A DNA stretch of 64,000 bases from a virus (taxonomy: Duplodnaviria; Heunggongvirae; Uroviricota; Caudoviricetes), in IMG/VR virus record IMGVR_UViG_3300042905_002309, positions 41,278 to 105,277 of that record. One strand, given 5' to 3'. A program made the position numbers and the translations under genes. Under the pieces are notes generated by a model that saw only the letters and a program-made list of their open reading frames with translations, was not told where the DNA came from and ran no database searches. This document shows positions 57,349 to 64,000 of the stretch, piece by piece (the stretch's first letter is position 1; each line of letters opens with the position of its first letter).

Positions 57349-58067
57349 GTACATTAGGTATAATACAGCCAATGCGTATAGGTGACATTATCATATGTTT
57401 ACCTATCGCAAAATATTATAAAGAGCAAGGTTACGATATAATCTGGCCTATTCTAAAGCCTTATATTAATATGTTTAAACGACATGTTGATTATGTTGAT
57501 TTTTTACCTATTGAACCAAGTTGGCATATGTGTGTGCATGATTCTAGAGTAGCTGTTAAAGAACATCAAAAATTAGAATTGATATTTCATTATCCACAGA
57601 CACAACAATTAACCCAACAATACACACAACAGGATTTATGGAGTTTTGATGAATTTAAGTATAAATTATCCAATGTACCATTCGATTTAAAATGGAAATT
57701 AGATATCAAGAGAGATTATGATAGAGAATTAGATTTATACAATAAATTAATTAAAAACCCTGATTACGTAGTTTACCAGAAAAAATCATCAGATTGTCAA
57801 TCAGATGTGGTGTTAAATTTAAACGGAAAACCATATGATATCATCGAATTAAATGAATATACGGATGATATATTTGATTGGCTAACGATTTTAGAACGAG
57901 CGAAGAAACTTGTATTAATTGAAAGTTGTTTCAGTAATTTAGTCGATCAATTACAAATAAAAACAGATAAAGTACTCATAACAAAAACAGGATATTATGA
58001 CGCAAAATTACAAGATGGCACACACAAAGGTATGCCTAGATTGCGTGGAAATTGGGAGATAATATGA
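57345..58067 (+). CDS. GT9-like (heptosyltransferase-type) glycosyltransferase
   Basis: RIGDIIICLP, IESCF. Confidence 0.65.
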   Translation: MSTLGIIQPMRIGDIIICLPIAKYYKEQGYDIIWPILKPYINMFKRHVDYVDFLPIEPSWHMCVHDSRVAVKEHQKLELIFHYPQTQQLTQQYTQQDLWSFDEFKYKLSNVPFDLKWKLDIKRDYDRELDLYNKLIKNPDYVVYQKKSSDCQSDVVLNLNGKPYDIIELNEYTDDIFDWLTILERAKKLVLIESCFSNLVDQLQIKTDKVLITKTGYYDAKLQDGTHKGMPRLRGNWEII

Positions 58068-59464
58068 AGAAGGTAGCATTTACGTTGATTTTAAATGGTA
58101 TGCCGTTTATTAAAGAGCAGGTGAATATCATACCCAAAATGTTCGATAAGTGGTACATTATAGAGGGTGTGGCTAATCCTGTTGGCGATACGGGATGGTG
58201 CAAGAAGTTACCAGACGAATTTCATAAAAACGGTTTATCGATTGATGGTACGACTGAATACCTAGATTCTATCAAATCCGATAAAATCGTAGTTATCCGT
58301 AGTCAAAGCGGTTTTTGGAATGGTAAAACTGAAATGTGTAACACCTTTATGCATGAAGTTGAGAATGCTATTTTAATGCAGATTGATATGGATGAATTTT
58401 GGGATATACCAACTCTAACATCACTATTCACCTTTTGTGAGAATAATCCAAACGATTTTAATGCTATGTTTTTCAAATGTAATTTCTTTGTCGGAAAACA
58501 TCTTATAACACAAGGCGAGAATTGTTATGGTGATAACTCGTATGAGTGGGTTAGACTTTGGATCATTAAAAATAGTACAAGATTCGTTACACACGAACCA
58601 CCCGTAGTTGCTGGTTCAGAAAAATATTTAACCAAGAATTTTACTTCACAAAATAAATGGATATTTAATCATTATGCGTATGCATTAGAAGAACAATTGA
58701 AGTTAAAAGAAAAGTATTACGGATACACCAATGCAGTAGAACACTGGAAACGATTACAGGGAGTTACACAATTTCCTGTAAAATTACGTGATTATTTTTC
58801 ATGGGTACACGACGAATCTCTTGTAATTTCGTTAAATCAGGATAAATTATTGAAGGAGAATAATATGTTTAAAGATTTTGAGTTAGTCGTATTACAATTA
58901 AATCAATTTGGATTAGGTGAAGGTGCGTTAGGGTTTAATCCTAACAAACTCGCAGGACGAGAAGAACAATTAAATTATTTGAAACGTAAGTTGTTGGAAA
59001 TAAAACCTGAATATATCCTAGAAGTCGGTACAGAACTTGGACATTTTTGTTGCTTCTGTAAATTAATTTTACCTGATTGTACTATTGTTACACTGGGTAT
59101 ACAAAATAAATCCAAACAAGCTACTGATTTTTTGAATAAATTATATGGAAACTACATCACCTATTTACACGGTGATAGTAAAGTAATTTTACCACAAACC
59201 AAAACAGATAAGGCTATTACTTTTGCTTGGGTAGATGGTGGACACGATTACAATACGGCTTATAGCGACTTAATTAATTGTGATAAATTGGGTGTCACTA
59301 ATATATTTGTTGATGATTTTGTTGGCATTAAAGAGGTTAATAAAGCAGTTTATGATTTTATTAAGAACTTTCCTATGTATAAAATTGTTGACACTAACAA
59401 TACTAAATTAGATGATGATCGTGGTATAGTCCACATAAAGAGAGAATGTATATGGCCGAAATAA
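58052..59464 (+). CDS. Glycosyltransferase fused to class I SAM methyltransferase
   Basis: IDMDEFW; C-terminal ILEVGT, GDS, VDGGHDY, DD. Confidence 0.75.
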   Translation: MGDNMKKVAFTLILNGMPFIKEQVNIIPKMFDKWYIIEGVANPVGDTGWCKKLPDEFHKNGLSIDGTTEYLDSIKSDKIVVIRSQSGFWNGKTEMCNTFMHEVENAILMQIDMDEFWDIPTLTSLFTFCENNPNDFNAMFFKCNFFVGKHLITQGENCYGDNSYEWVRLWIIKNSTRFVTHEPPVVAGSEKYLTKNFTSQNKWIFNHYAYALEEQLKLKEKYYGYTNAVEHWKRLQGVTQFPVKLRDYFSWVHDESLVISLNQDKLLKENNMFKDFELVVLQLNQFGLGEGALGFNPNKLAGREEQLNYLKRKLLEIKPEYILEVGTELGHFCCFCKLILPDCTIVTLGIQNKSKQATDFLNKLYGNYITYLHGDSKVILPQTKTDKAITFAWVDGGHDYNTAYSDLINCDKLGVTNIFVDDFVGIKEVNKAVYDFIKNFPMYKIVDTNNTKLDDDRGIVHIKRECIWPK

Positions 59465-60102
59465 CCTTAAATGACGAATTTGGACAAGCTATCAGAGACA
59501 CTATAATAGAGCATAAATATTGCACTAATCTAGAAATAGGTTCTTGGGATGGTAGTGGCTCGACACAATGTTTTATAGCAGGAATGAATAAATTAGATAA
59601 ACCTAAAGTATTACAATGTGTAGAAATTAATCACGATAGATTTAAAATTTTAGTAGATACAGTAAAAGAAGAATATGTAGACCGACATCTTATGAGTAGT
59701 GTTGATAAGTATACATTTCTACCAAAATCGTTTGATGATGTTTGGTTATCCCCATACAACAAAATATCACTAACCTATTCAAGAGCATTAGTAAAATCTT
59801 GGTTTGATCATGATGTACAACATTTACCAGATATAGGATTTTTAACATCTGAATATGTGTTACCAAAATATGATGCAGTATTGATTGACGGTAGTGAGTT
59901 TACGGGATATAGTGAATTTATGTTATTGAAAGATAAAACTACTTGTTTTATGTTGGATGATGTATTTAGTGCATATAAATGTAATCAGATATTTCACGAA
60001 CTCATTCGAAACGATTCATGGTCATTAATTAAGAGTAATCAAAATTTACGAAACGGGTATGCTATATTTATAAATAATGGAGTAAAAGAGAACTACACAT
60101 GA
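59446..60102 (+). CDS. SAM methyltransferase-like protein
   Basis: LEIGSWDGSGST, LIDG, LDD. Confidence 0.7.
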   Translation: MYMAEITLNDEFGQAIRDTIIEHKYCTNLEIGSWDGSGSTQCFIAGMNKLDKPKVLQCVEINHDRFKILVDTVKEEYVDRHLMSSVDKYTFLPKSFDDVWLSPYNKISLTYSRALVKSWFDHDVQHLPDIGFLTSEYVLPKYDAVLIDGSEFTGYSEFMLLKDKTTCFMLDDVFSAYKCNQIFHELIRNDSWSLIKSNQNLRNGYAIFINNGVKENYT

Positions 60103-60761
60103 AATATAACATTTATACAGGATATGTAGATAATATTATTTCACCAAAACACGGAAATATTTCCGCAATTAGTTTTTTTGATATTTGGTATCAAAATACA
60201 ATGAAATATACCAAAGAAAATATTTATCTTGTTGGACCACATTCTCCAGATTTAAATGATAAATTGAATGTACATAGTCTTGCGGTTTATGATAATTTAG
60301 GTCATGTTGGAGATTATATAACTGCTAAACGCACAGGTAGGTTGTGTGGATGGACTTCTGGTGTTGTATATGGGATGATACATGCTTATGTAAACGGAGT
60401 TGATTTTATTTATAAAGAACAGGATTGTTTGTGGTTTGGTGATTGTATTGAAACTATGTATAACGAAATAAAAGATAATGGTATTATATATGGAAACAAT
60501 AAGGTTATGGGCGTGGCACAATCTCTATTTTTAGTAAAACGAGATTACATACCAAGTATGATCGCTGAATTATCAACTGCAAATGATGCCGATGTTTTAC
60601 CAGAAACGAAATTTGCGGGGGCTTCAAAGGGTACAAAATTTTCGTTTGGTTACGATAGAGATAGACCATTTAATATTAAGGATCACTGTTGGTATATACA
60701 ACAAATAACAGATATAGAATTACAAGCATTAAAATCGGAGAATTTAATTAATTATGAATAA
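60099..60761 (+). CDS. Putative GT-A-fold protein
   Basis: YKEQDCL motif within the glycosylation cluster. Confidence 0.5.
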   Translation: MKYNIYTGYVDNIISPKHGNISAISFFDIWYQNTMKYTKENIYLVGPHSPDLNDKLNVHSLAVYDNLGHVGDYITAKRTGRLCGWTSGVVYGMIHAYVNGVDFIYKEQDCLWFGDCIETMYNEIKDNGIIYGNNKVMGVAQSLFLVKRDYIPSMIAELSTANDADVLPETKFAGASKGTKFSFGYDRDRPFNIKDHCWYIQQITDIELQALKSENLINYE

Positions 60762-61266
60762 GAAAATACAATTTGGTTGTGGTGGTAACAGATTACAAGG
60801 GTGGGAAAATTACGACATGGATGTTGATATAACAAAACCATTACCATTTAGTGATAATAGTGTTGATGCTATATTAATTGAACATACTTTAGAACATGTG
60901 ACAATACATGATGCTTGGAATTTTATTGAAGATTGTTATAGAATATTACGTATTGATGGAATATTACGAATTTCTGTTCCATCTGTCAGTAAAATATACA
61001 ATAATTATGATCAAAACTATTTAAATTTTATTAGAGATAATCATTGGGGTAATGCTACTATTAAAGACGCAATAAAATCCATTATATTTAATCACGAACA
61101 CAAAACAATTTGGGAATATGAATCATTAAAAGTTATTGGTCTAGTAAATAATTTTAAAATTTTGACCGAAGAACCCTCTATAATGAAAAATACACTAAAT
61201 CATCATAAAATAACAATGAATAATATAGATGATATAGAATCAATTGTAATTGATTTAATGAAATAA
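60754..61266 (+). CDS. Class I SAM methyltransferase (Methyltransf_11-like)
   Basis: FGCG, LPFSDNSVD, HTLEH, RILRxxGILRISVP. Confidence 0.85.
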   Translation: MNKKIQFGCGGNRLQGWENYDMDVDITKPLPFSDNSVDAILIEHTLEHVTIHDAWNFIEDCYRILRIDGILRISVPSVSKIYNNYDQNYLNFIRDNHWGNATIKDAIKSIIFNHEHKTIWEYESLKVIGLVNNFKILTEEPSIMKNTLNHHKITMNNIDDIESIVIDLMK

Positions 61267-61304
61267 TTCTTGATCTTTCTATTCTTTCTGATATACTGAT
61301 ATGT

Positions 61305-62243
61305 ATGAATAAAGAATATCAATTTTCAGAAATATTTCTAAAACCTAAAAAGACTATTGTATCTTCACGCAAAGAGTGCGATCCATCGATTAAATTCGGT
61401 AATCATACATTTACTACTCCTATTATTCCTGCTAATATGAAAAGTGTCGTAAGTGATGATACTTGCGAATACTTAGCACAAAAGGGTTGGTTCTATGTAA
61501 ATCATCGTTTCGGTGTAGATACCCTACCATTCTTGGAACGTATGGAGAATAAGGGGTTAATTAAATCAATCAGTGTCGGTGTTAATGATGATAGTTATGA
61601 AACCCTTAGAAAAATTGAAAAGGAATGTTTATGTCCAGATTATATCACACTAGATATTGCCAATGGATATAGCACCAAAGGTGAAGCTATGGTTAAATAC
61701 ATTAAAGATTACTTTGATGCATTTTTAATCGTAGGAAACTGTTGTACTGCCGAAGCTGTTATAGAATTACAGAGTTGGGGTGCTGATGCAATCAAGGCGG
61801 GAATAAGTAATGGTAACGTTTGTACCACTTATAATGCCACAGGATTTGGTAGACCACAGTTTAGCACCGTCTTAGATTGTGTTAGCGTAGCCAAGGTGCC
61901 AATTATATCTGACGGTGGCTGTAAGGAGATAGGTGACTTCAATAAAGCCTTTGTAGGGGGTGCTATAATGGTTATGGCAGGTAGTTTATTTGCTGGTTTT
62001 GACGAATCCGCAGGTGAAATCATCGAAATCGAGAAAAAGAAGTACAAACAGTACTTTGGTTCAGCCTCATATAATAATAAACTTCACAGAGGAAATGTCG
62101 AAGGTAAATGTATTTTGGTTGATTATAAGGGTAAGATGGAATATTATCTTGAAGATGTCGAAGATGGCATCCGATCAGGTATCAGTTATGCAGGTGGAAG
62201 AGATTTGAGTGCGTTTAATGGTGTAGAATGGAGTACACGATAA
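61305..62243 (+). CDS. guaC: GMP reductase (IMPDH/GMPR family)
   Basis: PANM, HRF, DIANG, VCTT, SDGG, MAGS, GSAS, VEG; no CBS domains. Confidence 0.88.
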   Translation: MNKEYQFSEIFLKPKKTIVSSRKECDPSIKFGNHTFTTPIIPANMKSVVSDDTCEYLAQKGWFYVNHRFGVDTLPFLERMENKGLIKSISVGVNDDSYETLRKIEKECLCPDYITLDIANGYSTKGEAMVKYIKDYFDAFLIVGNCCTAEAVIELQSWGADAIKAGISNGNVCTTYNATGFGRPQFSTVLDCVSVAKVPIISDGGCKEIGDFNKAFVGGAIMVMAGSLFAGFDESAGEIIEIEKKKYKQYFGSASYNNKLHRGNVEGKCILVDYKGKMEYYLEDVEDGIRSGISYAGGRDLSAFNGVEWSTR

Positions 62244-62614
62244 TGGAATACATATTAAATCCAGAATCCATTCAACATTACTACGACAATTATAAAGATA
62301 CTAAGAACAAGATTGATACATTGCCAGAAGTAATTAAGGAAAGTGTATATCCACTCATGGTGGAATTTCTTGAAATGTTTCCAGATATGATGTCCACCAC
62401 AGACAAACCATTAGTATTCTTACCTACAGGTGATGATAAACGTAGTGCGGGTTCTATTATGTTTATTGTAGGGCCACCTATGAGTAAAACTGAAGTTATG
62501 GTTGTATTCAAGGTTGGAATTACACAGAAAAATGGTGAAATTGAAGCAAGTGTAATGTGTTTTTGTTTGGAACACGATAAGTTAGATATGTTGAAACCGA
62601 AAGGGAATGCGTAA
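62228..62614 (+). CDS. Hypothetical protein
   Basis: ORF coupled to guaC. Confidence 0.6.
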   Translation: MEYTIMEYILNPESIQHYYDNYKDTKNKIDTLPEVIKESVYPLMVEFLEMFPDMMSTTDKPLVFLPTGDDKRSAGSIMFIVGPPMSKTEVMVVFKVGITQKNGEIEASVMCFCLEHDKLDMLKPKGNA

Positions 62615-62767
62615 TATTATGGCAGGAAAAGGATCAAGACCAAGAGCAGTTAAGAAAGCAACATTCGATGCTAATTTTGGTGAAATTAGTAAGAATCCAG
62701 AGGCAGATAAAGATTTTAAACTTGTTCGTGTACGTGGTAAACTCGTACAGAGAAAGGTATACAAGTA

Positions 62768-63337
62768 ATGACACCAACATTTAAACAGTGGGATAAAATG
62801 GAAGATCATTTTGTTAATCGTACTAAACGACATATTAATTTAGTACGTAAATATACTGAAAAGATTGAATCAAAATATCCGAAATCGTTAGCAGGATTAC
62901 ATGAACAGAGTTTAGTCCATGATGCTAGTAAGTTTGAGGAACCCGAATATTCTCCTTACTTGCATATTGCTTGGAAATATAAATTACAAGCCGAAGGTCA
63001 AACATATGATCCACCTTCTAGTATCAAAGATGATATGACTAAGGCTACAGAACATCATGTTAAATCTAATAAACATCATCCTGAATATTGGACAGATCAG
63101 GTCAACACAATTAATCCTGATAATAGGGATGCTCCACCAGAGGAAATGGTAGATGCATCAAAAATGCCTGATGTAAGTTTGGCAGAGATGTGTGCTGATT
63201 GGATGGCAATGGCAGAAGAGAAGGGAACAAATCCCTTGACTTGGGCTGAAAAGAATGTTAATATTCGCTGGAAGTTTACCGAAGGTCAGACAAAGAAAAT
63301 TTACGAGATTTTAAATACGATATGGAAGCAGGATTAA
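62768..63337 (+). CDS. HD-fold (DUF5662-like) protein
   Basis: HDASKF..PE, HH...N.HHPEYW, EMCADW. Confidence 0.75.
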   Translation: MTPTFKQWDKMEDHFVNRTKRHINLVRKYTEKIESKYPKSLAGLHEQSLVHDASKFEEPEYSPYLHIAWKYKLQAEGQTYDPPSSIKDDMTKATEHHVKSNKHHPEYWTDQVNTINPDNRDAPPEEMVDASKMPDVSLAEMCADWMAMAEEKGTNPLTWAEKNVNIRWKFTEGQTKKIYEILNTIWKQD

Positions 63338-63338
63338 T

Positions 63339-63941
63339 ATGGAAATTACATTAGATTGGATTACACCTAACTCAGAAGCAGGTATTGAGAAAAAGGGCAG
63401 AATTTGTTGGCAGAGTGTTAAAGGTGAAAATGACGAGGACGGAGACTTAATTTCAAAGTTAATTAGAATGGGTCACACTAGTCAATTAGAACATGCGTGT
63501 GCTAGTTTCACTATTGATGGTATGTCGAGAGCTTGTTCACATCAACTTGTGCGTCATAGACTTGCAAGTTATTCACAAAAAAGTCAACGATATGTTAAAG
63601 AGTCGCAATTTGAGTATGTTATTCCACCACAAATTAAAAACTTAGGAGATGACTCTATTTACGATTTTAAAAAACAAATGTCAATAATTCAGGGTATGTA
63701 TGAATACTGGAAATCTAAAGGTATTAAAAACGAAGATGCTAGATTTGTTTTACCTAACGCATGTACTACTCAAATTGGTATGACTACTAATTTTAGAGAA
63801 TGGAGAAGTATTTTTGAACTTCGTTGTGATCGTCATGCACAATGGGAAATCAGAGAAATGTGTTGCAAAATTTTAGAAATCTTGTATAGTAATGCACCTA
63901 AAGTATTTGAAGATCAATATAACAAATTTATTAAAGGATAA
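63339..63941 (+). CDS. thyX: Flavin-dependent thymidylate synthase
   Basis: GHTSQLEH, RHRLASYSQKSQRY, ARFVLP, AQWEIR. Confidence 0.95.
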   Translation: MEITLDWITPNSEAGIEKKGRICWQSVKGENDEDGDLISKLIRMGHTSQLEHACASFTIDGMSRACSHQLVRHRLASYSQKSQRYVKESQFEYVIPPQIKNLGDDSIYDFKKQMSIIQGMYEYWKSKGIKNEDARFVLPNACTTQIGMTTNFREWRSIFELRCDRHAQWEIREMCCKILEILYSNAPKVFEDQYNKFIKG

Positions 63942-64000
63942 CTATGAACGTGCGAGAACATTTATTAACGTGTTTGATTGAAGAATGCTCAGAAATTCAG

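Noticed and set aside
1-64000. Stop-codon reassignment
   Set aside because: Core genes are full length in the standard code and no suppressor tRNA was found.

Overview
This AT-rich 64-kb window is part of a large T4-like (myovirus-type) bacteriophage genome read in the standard genetic code. It carries head genes (gp23 capsid, gp22 scaffold, gp21 protease, gp20 portal, gp13/gp14 neck, gp15, gp4) and replication/recombination genes (primase, UvsY, UvsW, gp55 late sigma, gp47). It also has nucleotide-metabolism genes (class II RNR, dCMP deaminase, ThyX, GMP reductase), a KamA-like radical SAM enzyme, a glycosyl/methyltransferase cluster and several free-standing HNH and GIY-YIG endonucleases. 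Two minus-strand tRNA arrays (36-3032 and 11082-13113) hold about 34 tRNAs read by eye, interleaved with many non-tRNA structured RNAs. The best candidate for an undescribed system is a DUF2828/TROVE(Ro60)-like vWA protein (25680-27092). Its 5' UTR hairpin (stem-ACAGCAA...stem-G) recurs as four free-standing small RNAs inside the tRNA arrays, and array 1 also holds two circularly permuted, YrlA-like tRNA mimics. Other notable signals are a covarying three-way-junction RNA in front of three paralogous HNH genes, leader-peptide attenuator-like elements and an rRNA-operon-like boxA/processing stalk around the tRNA arrays, swapped variable-arm classes among the tRNAs, and a protein carrying a copy of the capsid N-arm. 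All protein calls come from motif recognition and all RNA structures from manual pairing; no searches were run.
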